Below, one piece after another: positions 34,809 through 45,330 of a stretch of 64,000 nucleotides of DNA. A program made the position numbers and the translations under genes. Position 1 is the first letter of the stretch. The number at the start of each line of letters is the position of its first letter. The DNA is from Gemmatimonadota bacterium (GTDB lineage: Bacteria > Gemmatimonadota > Gemmatimonadetes > Gemmatimonadales > GWC2-71-9), in NCBI GenBank assembly GCA_039586365.1, contig JBDHKN010000006.1, positions 64,001 to 128,000 on the forward strand. Reading direction: 5' to 3'. The notes under the pieces were generated by a model. That model was not told the origin of the DNA and did no database searches. It saw only the letters and a list, made by a program, of their open reading frames with translations.

Positions 34809-35717
34809 GTGCCGGCTGTGACGGTTCACGTCTACTGGCATCCGTTGTCACTCCGGCATGATGCGGGTCCAGAACATCCGGAATCGCCGGCACGGCTAGA
34901 AGCGATCCTGGCAGAGCTCAGATCGCCTTCCCTTGATCTGTCCATCAGTTGGCACGAATCGGATGCGGTTGAAGAGAGTCTCCTGCTCTCCGTGCATGCT
35001 TCGCACTACCTGGACCAGCTCCAAGAGCTGTGTGCCCGGGGTGGCGGACCACTCGATGCCGACACTGTGGCCAATGAACACAGCTACACGGCAGCAATCC
35101 ATGGCGCTGGGGCGGCAGTTGCAGCTGCTCAACGGGCCTTGGACGGAGAACCCGCCTTCGCGGCAATACGACCGCCGGGCCATCACGCCACGGCGGACAC
35201 GGCCATGGGATTCTGCCTCCTCAACAACGTGGTTGTGGCGGCCCGTTGGGCGGTGGGCCGGCTCGGCCTGGCAAGGGTGCTGATCATCGACTGGGACGTG
35301 CACCATGGCAACGGCACGCAGGCCCTCGTGGAGACTGAGGCCCGTATCCGCTACGTCTCGCTGCACCAGTGGCCACTCTATCCGGGGACGGGGCGCGCTG
35401 AGGAACGCGGCGTTGGCAATGTGTTCAATGTCCCCCGTCCTCCCGGGCTTCCGCGTGAGGCCTACGTAGCTGATTTGAACGCCGCCGTTGAGCAGGCAAC
35501 CGACGGTTGGATGCCACAGTTGATCCTCATCTCGGCCGGGTTCGATGCCCTGGCAAACGATCCTCTCGCCGGCTTCACACTGGAGCCGGAGGATTACGCC
35601 AGATGGGTGAGCCATTGGAGGGAGTTGGGCGCACCAATGGCGTCAGTTCTCGAGGGTGGCTACGTGCCCCGGCGCACTGCCGAGGCCACGGTCGCCCATC
35701 TGGTGGCGCTTGCATGA
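34809..35717 (+). CDS. Zn-dependent histone deacetylase-family amidohydrolase
   Basis: HPESPARL, RPPGHHA, GFCLLNN, DWDVHHGNGTQ, SAGFD, LEGGY. Confidence 0.95.
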   Translation: MPAVTVHVYWHPLSLRHDAGPEHPESPARLEAILAELRSPSLDLSISWHESDAVEESLLLSVHASHYLDQLQELCARGGGPLDADTVANEHSYTAAIHGAGAAVAAAQRALDGEPAFAAIRPPGHHATADTAMGFCLLNNVVVAARWAVGRLGLARVLIIDWDVHHGNGTQALVETEARIRYVSLHQWPLYPGTGRAEERGVGNVFNVPRPPGLPREAYVADLNAAVEQATDGWMPQLILISAGFDALANDPLAGFTLEPEDYARWVSHWRELGAPMASVLEGGYVPRRTAEATVAHLVALA

Positions 35718-35743
35718 GCCGAACTCTACCGTAAGTTCGATCC

Positions 35744-36484
35744 ATGCCAAGCCGTCTGGCAGCCACAACCCTGCTCTCCGTTCTCCAGCCGTGGTCTGAC
35801 GTAGAGGAGCCGATCCACCGGCGCCTGGCCCAACTCGTCGATGCTGAGGAGGGCAGAGAAGCACTCTGGGTCGGATGCGGCTCGGGTCGCTCGGTGCTGT
35901 GGTGGTCGGAGCGGTTTCGCACGATCACCGAGGGAATCGACCCGGACGTCAGATCAATAGAGCAGGCGGAGGAACGAGCCCGCGGGGCAGGTCTGGCCAA
36001 ACTGGCGACTTTTCAGACCGCTGACCCTACAAACTTACCACACGAGGACCAGGTCTTCGATACGGTCATCGTTCATATGCTTCATCTTCCGCACAGCGAC
36101 GGAGAAAAGGTGATAGGTGAGGCAGCGCGCGTTTGCCGCCCGATGGGAACGGTGGTGGCATTAGTACCCTCGTGGTCGCAGAGCCCTCTGCAAAAGGAAG
36201 CTCAAATCATCCAAGGCCTGGGTCTATCTCCCTACGTCTCCGTGGAGTGGAAGAGCTTCTTCCGGGACGCCGGAGTTGTCGAGTTGAGTGTCGAAGAAGC
36301 GGCTACCGATGGCGGGTGGATCCTGCAGAGGCGATTTTCCCTGATAGTGCGGGGTTGGAGAGCCGCCGGCTGGCAGGGTGTACGTGCCGTACTGGGTCGG
36401 GAGGTGCGCACCCTGTGCCGCCTGGCTCGTCGCCGTGTACTTCGTTTTTCGATCATCAAAGGGACGCGCTGGCCGCACGGCTAG
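35744..36484 (+). CDS. Class I SAM-dependent methyltransferase-like protein
   Basis: VGCGSG, GID, LP..DQ.FD, RVCRP.G. Confidence 0.8.
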   Translation: MPSRLAATTLLSVLQPWSDVEEPIHRRLAQLVDAEEGREALWVGCGSGRSVLWWSERFRTITEGIDPDVRSIEQAEERARGAGLAKLATFQTADPTNLPHEDQVFDTVIVHMLHLPHSDGEKVIGEAARVCRPMGTVVALVPSWSQSPLQKEAQIIQGLGLSPYVSVEWKSFFRDAGVVELSVEEAATDGGWILQRRFSLIVRGWRAAGWQGVRAVLGREVRTLCRLARRRVLRFSIIKGTRWPHG

Positions 36485-36508
36485 CGGGGTCTGTTGTCCA
36501 GGGCGTGC

Positions 36509-38926
36509 ATGATTCCCACCAGGTGCCTCGTCGCCCTTCCGATCCCCGCCCAACGGCCTTACGCTTACGCGATTCCGACATCCCTTGCCGATCGCGTCGT
36601 GCCAGGAGCCCGCGTAGTCGTGCCGGTGAGGACGCGCACTATGGTAGGGTTGGTGGTAGCTGTGGATGATGAGGGGGGTGACGATCTCAAATCGGTTCTT
36701 CTGGCGCCGGACCCCGAACCCCTCTTTCCCGCTTCCTTGCTGGAGCTGGGCAGCTGGATTTCGCGTTACTACACCACTCCAATCGGTCTCACCTTCCGTG
36801 CAATGCTGCCGTCGGCTTTGTGGGGAAGTTCCCGGCTAGTTGCCGAAGTGCGCGACAAATCGTCGGTAGCCGGTGGCGCCAGTAGGGACGTGATGTTGGC
36901 GCTTACACGCGCCGGTGGGCGCGCCTCCGCGACGACGCTTGCCAGGAAGCTGCGACGTCCCGTATGGGAAACGCTGCAGCGATTAGCCCGTACCGGTGCT
37001 GTTGCGCTAGAGACGGAACCGCCCAGTCTCGGGCCCACTGCTGGCTTTGAGCGCGTGCTGGTGTTGACGTCGGTCGTGCCGTCTCTGATCGAGCGTGATC
37101 GCGTATTCGGACGAGCCGAACGACAACGTGCCGCCTACGAGGCGGCTGACGCGCTAGGCGGTGAGGTTGGGATCAAGCACCTAACCGATCAGCTCGGCTT
37201 TTCTCGGGCCGTGCTCAACGGATTGGTCGATCGAGGGTTAGCTCGTTTCGAAGCACGGAAGAAGCTACGAGATCCATTTGGTGATGTTGTGGGCAGCACC
37301 CCGCCACGACTCACATCGGAGCAGACGGCGGCCACGAACGCAATCCGTGGGCTTCCTCCCTCGCACTGTGCCACGCTGTTCGGGGTCACTGGAAGCGGCA
37401 AAACTCTCGTCTATTTGGAGGCGTTCCGCGAGGAGGTCGAACGCGGTCGAGGGATCATCGTTTTGGTGCCCGAGATTTCCCTAACACCCCAGACTGTCGC
37501 GCGGGTTCGCGGAGTGTTCGGCGACAGGGTCGCAGTCTTGCACTCGGGCTTGTCTGACGCGGAGCGAGCCGACGCGTGGCGGTCGCTGGCTTCAGGACAG
37601 CGCCGTGTGGCCGTGGGTGCTCGGTCGGCGGTGTCTGCACCCGTGCAGAACCTCGCGGCGATCATTCTCGACGAGGAACATGATAGCAGCTACAAACACG
37701 GTGAGAGCCCACGCTATCATGCGCGCGACGTGGCATTGAAACGGGCCAGTTTGGAGAACTCGCGCGTGGTTTTGGTCGGTGCTACTCCCTCGCTCGAGAC
37801 GTGGGCGGCGGAGTACCGGGGGACCAGAGTTTCTCTGCCGAACCGGATTGGGGCTAAACCGCTGCCAGAGGTGACCCTGGTTGATATGCGGTCTGAGCCC
37901 CGTGTGAGTGAGAGCGGGAAGGTGCCGTGGTCCCACGCTCTGGACGATGCAGTGACATCGGAACTCGGTGGTGGCAACCAGATCATCCTGCTTCTGAACC
38001 GGCGGGGGTTTGCACACTTCCTTCAGTGCGAGACCTGCGGCAAGGTCTGGGACTGCCCGAACTGCAGCATCTCGCTCACGGTACATCGAACGCCGTCGAG
38101 GTTGCGTTGCCACTACTGCGGCTATGAGGATGTAGTGCCCCTCACCTGCAGTGACTGCAGCTCTACAACACAACGTGCGAGTGGTACGGGCACACAGCTG
38201 CTGGAGCAATGGTTGGCGGAACGATACCCTGCAGCCCGTTTGGCGAGGATGGATGCCGATACCACCACGGCCAAGTGGTCGCACCAGAAGATTCTCGACG
38301 CCGTCGCAGAGCGACAAGTGGACGTTCTCTTCGGCACACAGATGATAGCCAAGGGCCTTGACTTCCCCGGCGTTACGCTGGTGGGTGTCGTGGATGCCGA
38401 CACAGGTCTGCATCTTCCCGACTTTCGTGCAGCGGAGCGGACGTTTCAGCTGATCTCACAGGTGGCAGGGCGGGCCGGTCGTGGACCGAAAGGTGGGCGA
38501 GTACTGGTACAGACTCGGACACCTAACCACTACGCCCTCACTGCCGCCGCGCAGCACGATTACGAAGGGTTTGCGGCGTGTGAGCTCAGCGCGCGCCAGT
38601 CACCACCATACCCACCTCACGTCGGTTTGGTGAATGTGGTCGTGAGTGCACTCAGAGAAACGGACGCTGTGCGGGCCGCTTCGGACGTAGCAGATTGGTT
38701 GCGAGGCCTGGTAGCTACACGGGCCGAGGGAGCAGTGGACGTGATTGGGCCAGCTCCCGCGCCGCTCGCCCGGATCAAGCGGAGATGGCGGTGGCACATA
38801 CTCTATCGGGCTGTCGATCGAACCTTGTTGGATCGGGTGACGCGCTACGCGGCACACAGGGCCCCACATGCGAACAGTCATCGAGTTCGGGTGGTGTTCG
38901 ACCGGGATCCCGTTTCGGTTCTCTGA
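36509..38926 (+). CDS. priA: Primosomal protein N' (replication restart helicase)
   Basis: GVTGSGKT, VPEISLTPQ, DEEH, LLLNRRG, two Zn knuckles, GTQMIAKGLDFP, QVAGRAGR. Confidence 0.97.
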   Translation: MIPTRCLVALPIPAQRPYAYAIPTSLADRVVPGARVVVPVRTRTMVGLVVAVDDEGGDDLKSVLLAPDPEPLFPASLLELGSWISRYYTTPIGLTFRAMLPSALWGSSRLVAEVRDKSSVAGGASRDVMLALTRAGGRASATTLARKLRRPVWETLQRLARTGAVALETEPPSLGPTAGFERVLVLTSVVPSLIERDRVFGRAERQRAAYEAADALGGEVGIKHLTDQLGFSRAVLNGLVDRGLARFEARKKLRDPFGDVVGSTPPRLTSEQTAATNAIRGLPPSHCATLFGVTGSGKTLVYLEAFREEVERGRGIIVLVPEISLTPQTVARVRGVFGDRVAVLHSGLSDAERADAWRSLASGQRRVAVGARSAVSAPVQNLAAIILDEEHDSSYKHGESPRYHARDVALKRASLENSRVVLVGATPSLETWAAEYRGTRVSLPNRIGAKPLPEVTLVDMRSEPRVSESGKVPWSHALDDAVTSELGGGNQIILLLNRRGFAHFLQCETCGKVWDCPNCSISLTVHRTPSRLRCHYCGYEDVVPLTCSDCSSTTQRASGTGTQLLEQWLAERYPAARLARMDADTTTAKWSHQKILDAVAERQVDVLFGTQMIAKGLDFPGVTLVGVVDADTGLHLPDFRAAERTFQLISQVAGRAGRGPKGGRVLVQTRTPNHYALTAAAQHDYEGFAACELSARQSPPYPPHVGLVNVVVSALRETDAVRAASDVADWLRGLVATRAEGAVDVIGPAPAPLARIKRRWRWHILYRAVDRTLLDRVTRYAAHRAPHANSHRVRVVFDRDPVSVL

Positions 38927-39021
38927 CGTCGGCTTGATGGTGGACCCGACCACCGGTATCTTGACACCCTCACGCTTGGCCGACATGGCATGCGTCATGT
39001 CTCGTAGAGCAGGCGCCGACA

Positions 39022-39522
39022 TTGACCCGGAGAATAGTGGGAACCACACTACTAGTTGGATCACTGCGTTCCCCTGGCCTGGGACTTGGCTGGGGTCAGA
39101 CAGCGCAACGCGTAGCCGAACACATGTCCCCAGGCGAGATCGATGGCATTTGGTTGTTTCCTCCAGTGCGGCGGGAAGAACGTGAGTGGGGTGTGGCAGT
39201 GGTATCGCGGCGGGCAGATGGTGAGCGACGGCGTATCTACACAGCTAGCTATATGTTCATCGTGCGAGGACGTGAACGAGGGCAGGGCAGAGTTGCGGTT
39301 GAGGAGGTTGGTGAGGGCCCCAAGGCGGTGGTGTCAGAAGTGATCAGGGGGGTGCAGGAGAGGGCAGGTGAAACGGAGCCGCCAGTAGAGATATCGCCCG
39401 AGCTATGGTACGATGTGCCCAACATTGAAGAGTCTTTGGGCGCAGGGGTCCTCCCCAGCGAGAATGATGTGGATCGAGGTGTTGATGCAAACCAGGGAAA
39501 CGGCTCGAGTCCGGGGGATTGA
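39022..39522 (+). CDS. Hypothetical protein
   Basis: Fills the gap between priA and pdaD in operon orientation; start uncertain. Confidence 0.6.
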   Translation: MTRRIVGTTLLVGSLRSPGLGLGWGQTAQRVAEHMSPGEIDGIWLFPPVRREEREWGVAVVSRRADGERRRIYTASYMFIVRGRERGQGRVAVEEVGEGPKAVVSEVIRGVQERAGETEPPVEISPELWYDVPNIEESLGAGVLPSENDVDRGVDANQGNGSSPGD

Positions 39523-39525
39523 GCG

Positions 39526-40086
39526 ATGATCCGCGCACAGACGTTTCTGCCTACCAGAGCCTTCCTAACCAAAGGCATTGGCCGTCATAAGGAGAAACTC
39601 ACTAGCTTCGAGATGGCTCTGCGCGAAGCAGGTGTGGCCCAATTCAACTTGGTGCGAGTCAGCTCGATTTGGCCTCCACATTGCCGTATGGTGTCTCGGA
39701 GTTCAGGTATCAAGAACCTCGTACCGGGTCAGGTGGTGTTCGCTGTCGTCGCGGAGGCCGCGACAGACGAACCTTCACGGAGGGCCACGGCGTCGGTAGG
39801 CCTAGCAATCCCAGCCGACCCGTCACACCACGGTTACATCTCGGAGTACCACGCATTCGGAGTCGGCAAACGGGTTGCAGGAGATTACGCCGAGGACTTG
39901 GCCGCAAGCATGCTGGCAACGGTGCTCGGTGTTCCGTTCGACCCAGAACAAGCATGGGATGAACGGAAAGAGGAGTGGTTGCTGTCGGGTCGAATCGTCA
40001 AATCGACAAACATCGTTTGTTCGGCTGAGGCACAGGACGACGGCAGGTGGGTCACCGTCGTGAGCGCTGTGGTGTTCTGCGGGTGA
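39526..40086 (+). CDS. pdaD: Pyruvoyl-dependent arginine decarboxylase
   Basis: SFEMALR.AG...FNLVRVSSI.PP (Ser-Ser cleavage site), GYISEYH, AEDLAASML. Confidence 0.93.
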   Translation: MIRAQTFLPTRAFLTKGIGRHKEKLTSFEMALREAGVAQFNLVRVSSIWPPHCRMVSRSSGIKNLVPGQVVFAVVAEAATDEPSRRATASVGLAIPADPSHHGYISEYHAFGVGKRVAGDYAEDLAASMLATVLGVPFDPEQAWDERKEEWLLSGRIVKSTNIVCSAEAQDDGRWVTVVSAVVFCG

Positions 40087-41021
40087 ACGAGTTCCGCGAC
40101 CGCGGACGCCCTGGAGGAATTCCGGCAGATCTCGCGGACCTGCCCTGGGCTGCTCCGGATTCATTTCTTGGGATTCCCAGCGGTGAAGCACCGTTCGCAG
40201 CATCTCCGGTAGTCATCCTGCCGGTGCCCTACGAGGCTACCGTCTCCTACATGGGGGGCACTCGTTACGGCCCGAGAGGTTTGCTTCACGCTTCACGGTT
40301 TGTTGAACTGTACGATCACGAGCTGGATTTTGAGCCGCACACTATCGGTGTGCACACCCTGCCTGAGTTGCTGCTTCCGGATGCCGGTCCAGAGCAGGCC
40401 CTCGCCGAGCTTCAACGTACCATTGGAGTTCTCTTAGATGTCGACAAGTTCGTCATCATGCTCGGTGGAGAGCACAGCGTGTCCGGACCAGCGATTCTGG
40501 CTCACGCGGACCGGATGCCTGCGGATTCGCTTTCAGTGCTGCAATTGGATGCCCACTCGGACCTCCGCTCCGAATATGAAGGCACCCCACTGTCGCATGC
40601 GTGCGTGATGTATCGGGTCCATGAACGGGTGAAACTGGTGCAAGTCGGCATTCGCTCACTCACCTCGGAGGAGCGAGACCTCATCAGAGCGGAGAACATC
40701 AGTGTCGTCTTTGGTCATGAGTTGGACGCGCAAGGCTGGATCGAGCGCACTGTACAGACGCTTGGTGAGAACGTCTACATTACGGTCGACGTCGACTACT
40801 TCGATCCATCCCTGATCCCGTCGACTGGGACTCCGGAACCTGGAGGAGGAAACTGGTATCCGACCCTCGAACTGTTAGAACGGGTATTTCGCGAGAAGAA
40901 TGTGGTGGGTTGTGACGTCGTTGAGCTGGCGCCGATTCCTGGGATGGTGGCGCCCGATTTCCTCGCCGCCAAGTTGGTGTACAAGCTGATTGCTTTCTAC
41001 GCCAAGCGTCGCGGGAACTGA
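40083..41021 (+). CDS. speB: Agmatinase
   Basis: GGEHS, DAHSD, DVDYFDPS..PSTGTPEPGG, DVVELAP; GTG overlaps the pdaD stop. Confidence 0.95.
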   Translation: MNEFRDRGRPGGIPADLADLPWAAPDSFLGIPSGEAPFAASPVVILPVPYEATVSYMGGTRYGPRGLLHASRFVELYDHELDFEPHTIGVHTLPELLLPDAGPEQALAELQRTIGVLLDVDKFVIMLGGEHSVSGPAILAHADRMPADSLSVLQLDAHSDLRSEYEGTPLSHACVMYRVHERVKLVQVGIRSLTSEERDLIRAENISVVFGHELDAQGWIERTVQTLGENVYITVDVDYFDPSLIPSTGTPEPGGGNWYPTLELLERVFREKNVVGCDVVELAPIPGMVAPDFLAAKLVYKLIAFYAKRRGN

Positions 41022-41046
41022 TACAGGCCTGTGATCGTTTGAGTCG

Positions 41047-41778
41047 GTGATGACAGCCGATTCCGTGGGTCTCCCGATAGCGTTTGTGGCAGGGGTACTT
41101 AGCTTCCTGTCGCCGTGCGTGCTACCACTCGTGCCAAGCTATGTCTCTTTCATTACTGGCCTGTCTCTGGATGAGCTAGGTGAAAAGAGATGGACCGCCT
41201 TTACACACGCCGTGTTCTTCATCTGCGGATTCACCCTGATCTTCCTCGCGCTTGGCGCAACTGCGACTGCGCTCGGACGCTTTCTGCAGTACAACCAGAT
41301 TTGGTTGGAGCGGGTGGGGGGGCTGCTGATTGCAGTGTTCGGACTCTACCTGCTCGGCGCCTTCAATTGGGCTGCGTTCAGCCGAGAGAGACGAGTGCAC
41401 TTGCAGGACAAGCCGGTAGGGTATCTCGGCAGCCTCTTGGTAGGTCTGGCCTTCGGCGCTGGTTGGACACCGTGCATAGGACCGATCCTGGGCTCGATCT
41501 TGGCATATACGGGGACCCAGACAACCAACCTCGCCCAAGGGATGTTGCTATTGTTGACCTACTCTCTGGGGTTGGCAATCCCCTTCTTGATTGCCGCTCT
41601 GGCTGTCGAGAAGTTCATCGACTGGTTCAAGAGGTTTCGTCGCTTCATCCCCCTAACCACCAGGATCGCCGGTGGTGTCCTCCTAGTAGTGGGGTTGCTG
41701 CTCGTGACGGGATACTTCACGATCCTGGCCAACTGGCTGCAAGGACTCACTCCGGAGTTCCTGCGGTCGAGGATCTGA
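41047..41778 (+). CDS. ccdA: CcdA/DsbD-family transmembrane thiol-disulfide transporter
   Basis: SFLSPCVLPLVP and GWTPCIGPIL. Confidence 0.93.
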   Translation: MMTADSVGLPIAFVAGVLSFLSPCVLPLVPSYVSFITGLSLDELGEKRWTAFTHAVFFICGFTLIFLALGATATALGRFLQYNQIWLERVGGLLIAVFGLYLLGAFNWAAFSRERRVHLQDKPVGYLGSLLVGLAFGAGWTPCIGPILGSILAYTGTQTTNLAQGMLLLLTYSLGLAIPFLIAALAVEKFIDWFKRFRRFIPLTTRIAGGVLLVVGLLLVTGYFTILANWLQGLTPEFLRSRI

Positions 41779-41856
41779 TGAAGGAGCCCGCCGAGTTCGA
41801 CTCCTGGTTCCCTAGCCGTGCACCTCAATTGGTGGTCAGCCGCTACGGATGGCAAC

Positions 41857-42783
41857 ATGGCCAACCCCGACTTCATTGACCCCCGGATAACAGAACAGCG
41901 CAATCCGAAGACTGTCGGCATCGACGTGGCATCGTCTGCAGAGATCGTGGACCTGATGCACGACGAAGATCGCACGGTGGCCGACGCCGTCTACTCGGCG
42001 CGCGAGGAATTGGCCCGCACGATTGATCTCGTAGTTGACGCGTTCAACCGCGGAGGTCGTTTGGTGTACGTTGGTGCGGGAACCAGCGGGCGACTGGGAG
42101 TCCTGGACGCCACTGAGTGTCCACCAACCTTTGGCTCACCACCCGAGGTGGTTTCGGGCATAATTGCCGGTGGAATGCCTGCGTTGGTGCGCAGTCAGGA
42201 AGGTGCCGAAGACGATGTGGCTGCTGCTGCAACGGCGATAGACGAGCGGGGTGTGACCGACAGGGATGTAGTAATCGGGATCGCGGCTAGCGGCACGACA
42301 CCGTTCGTGCGAGCCGCGGTGAAACGGGCCCAGGCACTCGGTGCCAAGACCGCACTTGTTACCTGCACAGACCCTCCTGCTGAATTTATCGGGACGTGCG
42401 ATGCGGTGATCGTCGCCAGGGTGGGTCCCGAGGTGCTCACCGGGTCCACCCGGCTGAAAGCCGGCACGGCTACGAAACTGGCGCTCAACACGATCACGAC
42501 GGGTGCGATGATCCGTTGGGGTAAGGCCTATGGCAATCTGATGGTGGACCTCATGGCCCTGAGCGACAAGCTCAGAGACCGGGGTGAACGGATTGTGATG
42601 GAAGCCGGTGGAGTAGATCGCGCCGCGGCTCGCGAAGCTATAGCGGCTGCCGGAGGTAGTGTGAAACTGGCACTAGTGATGGTTCGCGCCGGTCTCAACG
42701 CCGACGAAGCGGCCGGGCGCCTGCGCGAGGCTGGCGGAATAGTGCGGTCGGTGGTCGGTGATCCTCCCCCGGTCGTTCCGTGA
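41857..42783 (+). CDS. murQ: N-acetylmuramic acid 6-phosphate etherase
   Basis: TEQRNP, GAGTSGRLGVLDA.ECPPTF, GPEVLTGSTRLKAGTA, NLMVD. Confidence 0.96.
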   Translation: MANPDFIDPRITEQRNPKTVGIDVASSAEIVDLMHDEDRTVADAVYSAREELARTIDLVVDAFNRGGRLVYVGAGTSGRLGVLDATECPPTFGSPPEVVSGIIAGGMPALVRSQEGAEDDVAAAATAIDERGVTDRDVVIGIAASGTTPFVRAAVKRAQALGAKTALVTCTDPPAEFIGTCDAVIVARVGPEVLTGSTRLKAGTATKLALNTITTGAMIRWGKAYGNLMVDLMALSDKLRDRGERIVMEAGGVDRAAAREAIAAAGGSVKLALVMVRAGLNADEAAGRLREAGGIVRSVVGDPPPVVP

Positions 42784-42846
42784 AGTTGCTGGTCTGGTTG
42801 CAGTGTGAAGGGTGGAGTGGCAGCGACTATTCCGTGATGAAAGCAG

Positions 42847-44298
42847 TCACCCGACGTTCTCGAGCAGCTCAGCGACCCTCCCCGCTGGTACCCCCAGTAC
42901 CACGCGGCCGCCCGAGCCTGCCTGACCGCCATAGACGACTCCGATAACCTCTCCGTTCTGGTCGAGAATCGGGCTGCCACTGGATCCTTGGGCGCCGTAC
43001 CCGTCGATTTGGATCACGTCGGATATCGACTTGGCGACTGAACCGGCGGTGAAGCTGGTGCGCGCCACGGTCCGGTCCTGGCCGTAGCCGGACATCGGCA
43101 GGTCCGGGCCCAGCGGGAAGCCGATGATGGCCACTGGATCTCCCTGTCTGACCGTGTCGGGGCGCTGGTTCAAGCTGCGAATGGTCGGCACGCCGCCGGG
43201 AACCTCCACATCAATCGCAGCAACGTCGGCGTTAGAGGACAGAGCCAGAAGGCGAGCGGGGTACACCTGGTATGAATCGGCGAACTTGACCGCTATCCGC
43301 GTTGGTCGCCTGGTACCTTCTGGGCCTGCAACGACGTGTCGGGCAGTGATCATTGTCCCGTTCGCTCTCACCGCGAACGCGGTCCCAGTGTACACCTCTC
43401 CGGGAGCGAACTCTACCCACATCAACGCCACCGCATTCTGGTTGGCATCGACGATGCTGCGGTAGTCTACGTAGGCAGCCGCTTGCTGGTAGAGGAGGGC
43501 CTGGCTAGCGTCCACCAGTTGCCGCCTCAACCTGGCGACCTCATCCGTGCTACCTGATTGCTCGGCATCCACCAGAGCCGCCCTCACGGACTCGACCTCT
43601 ACCCGCGAGTCTTCGAGCGCAGCGGCCAGACCTTCTACCCGACCCTGGAGAGCCGCAACCGCTTCGCCGGCAGCCCTAATGATGCTGTCTGTGCGAGATT
43701 CCAGCGCAGCGACAGCTGCCTCACGCTGCCTCCGTTGAGATGTGCTGTCGACTATGAAGACTGCCACGACTGCCAGCAGCAGCGCGAACAGTGTCACCGT
43801 GAGCCTACGCAGCTTCTTGGTCCGCCGACCGACCTCGATGCGAATGCGTTCCGTGGTCCCGGTCTTCGTCCGCTGATCGGCCACCCGAGGTCCAAGGGTC
43901 TTCTTGAGGGTGGATTCGGATGCGCTCTCGTGCGGAGCGCTGGAGCCCGTTTCGGACGCTGCCTCAGTGACCCCGTCCGTGGTAGACTCCGGTACCAACC
44001 GGAATTCCAGCGCTGGTCCTTCCAATCCGAACCGCACCTGGTCTGTGTCGTCCAACACGGTGTCACCAGTGATCTGATGGCCGTTTACCAGGGTTCCGTT
44101 GAGACTCCCCAGATCCCGGACGATCCAGTGTTCTCCCCGCAAAACAATGACCGCGTGGCGGGCCGAGACATCGAGGTCGTGATCCGGGTCGAACTGCAAA
44201 TCGCAGGAAGGGTGCCTGCCGATCTCGATGGAGCTGCTGGAAAAGACGGCCGTCAGACCCTTACGTGCGCCAGTCAGGATCCTCAGCTGGGCTTTCAA
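42847..44298 (-). CDS. FHA domain - TM - coiled coil - trypsin-like serine protease
   Basis: IGRH...VSARHA...DLGSLNGT (FHA); TM helix; TARHVV, DVA, GSSGSP triad. Confidence 0.88.
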   Translation of the reverse strand: MKAQLRILTGARKGLTAVFSSSSIEIGRHPSCDLQFDPDHDLDVSARHAVIVLRGEHWIVRDLGSLNGTLVNGHQITGDTVLDDTDQVRFGLEGPALEFRLVPESTTDGVTEAASETGSSAPHESASESTLKKTLGPRVADQRTKTGTTERIRIEVGRRTKKLRRLTVTLFALLLAVVAVFIVDSTSQRRQREAAVAALESRTDSIIRAAGEAVAALQGRVEGLAAALEDSRVEVESVRAALVDAEQSGSTDEVARLRRQLVDASQALLYQQAAAYVDYRSIVDANQNAVALMWVEFAPGEVYTGTAFAVRANGTMITARHVVAGPEGTRRPTRIAVKFADSYQVYPARLLALSSNADVAAIDVEVPGGVPTIRSLNQRPDTVRQGDPVAIIGFPLGPDLPMSGYGQDRTVARTSFTAGSVAKSISDVIQIDGYGAQGSSGSPILDQNGEVIGVVYGGQAGSGGRVVLGVPAGRVAELLENVG

Positions 44299-44307
44299 CG
44301 ACCCGGC

Positions 44308-45330
44308 TCAGAGAACTGCCAGAAGGAGAGCCGCAGCCACAATCGCGGCAGCAGCAATGCCGGCCGCGATCATCGAAGATCGCTCCGGCGTGGGTGGGGG
44401 GCTGCCCCTGTAAATTGGGACGGGCTCGGTGTCGGACTCGGTGTCAAGCAGCGGGTACACCTCGTGTCCTACCGCTTCCTCGTCGCCAGGGTCCTTCAAT
44501 CCGTCGCCATCGAAGCGGGCCACAATCACCGTGATGTTGTCGGGGCCGCCGCGTTCGTTGGCCAAGGCTATCAGCTCGCTGGAGACGGTCACCAGGTTCT
44601 TTCCTTTCGAAACCAGCTCCGCGATTTCCTCCTTGCTCACCTGACCGGACAACCCGTCGGAGCACAGCAGCACGCTGTCACCCTGGCGAATCGGCTGGTA
44701 CGTGAGATCGACGCGTATGCGCGATTCCGGACCGAGTGCCTGCAAGATGATGTTCTTTCGCTCGCTCTTTTCGGCTTCTTCCTCTGTCAACTCGCCTGCA
44801 TCCACGAGCCGCTGCATCAACGATTGGTCCTTGGTGATCTGAATTGCTTCCTTGCCGCGGATCAAGTACGCGCGGGAATCGCCGACCTGTGTGAGATAGA
44901 TGTGGTCGCCGAGAATCCCAGCCGCGGTCATCGTGGTGCCCATACCCCGTACGTCAGGGTGCTCAACCGCGTAGGTGTGGATTCGCGCGTTGGCGTTCTC
45001 CACCGCCTCTCGCAGGCGGAACGCAAACTGCTGAGGACTGCTGTCGTTGTCCGCGATCCAGGAAGCGAGCAGGTGTTCGTACACTGCCTCAGTGGCCATC
45101 TCGCTGGCCAATTCGCCGGCAGCCGCGCCGCCCATTCCGTCTGCAACAATCAGTAGGGTGCCCTTGGGTCCGATCTCGTGCTCACGGACTTCCGGCAGCA
45201 GCGACGCTCGCTGGGCGGACAAGTCTGCGACCAGAAAGCAATCTTCGTTGTGCTCACGCGTGCGACCCACGTCGGTTTTGCCGAAGACCACGATGCGAGT
45301 GCGTGGGGATTTCTTGCGAAAGAGGTTCAC
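44308..45330 (-). CDS. PP2C-family Ser/Thr phosphatase with C-terminal TM helix
   Basis: TDVGRTREHNED, VADGMGG, VGDSRAY, LLCSDGL, GGPDNIT; GTG start overlapping the kinase stop. Confidence 0.95.
   Translation of the reverse strand: MNLFRKKSPRTRIVVFGKTDVGRTREHNEDCFLVADLSAQRASLLPEVREHEIGPKGTLLIVADGMGGAAAGELASEMATEAVYEHLLASWIADNDSSPQQFAFRLREAVENANARIHTYAVEHPDVRGMGTTMTAAGILGDHIYLTQVGDSRAYLIRGKEAIQITKDQSLMQRLVDAGELTEEEAEKSERKNIILQALGPESRIRVDLTYQPIRQGDSVLLCSDGLSGQVSKEEIAELVSKGKNLVTVSSELIALANERGGPDNITVIVARFDGDGLKDPGDEEAVGHEVYPLLDTESDTEPVPIYRGSPPPTPERSSMIAAGIAAAAIVAAALLLAVL

Noticed and set aside
43558..45156. 532-aa + strand ORF
   Set aside because: Antisense shadow of the PP2C and FHA-protease genes; no recognisable motifs; expected in GC-rich DNA.
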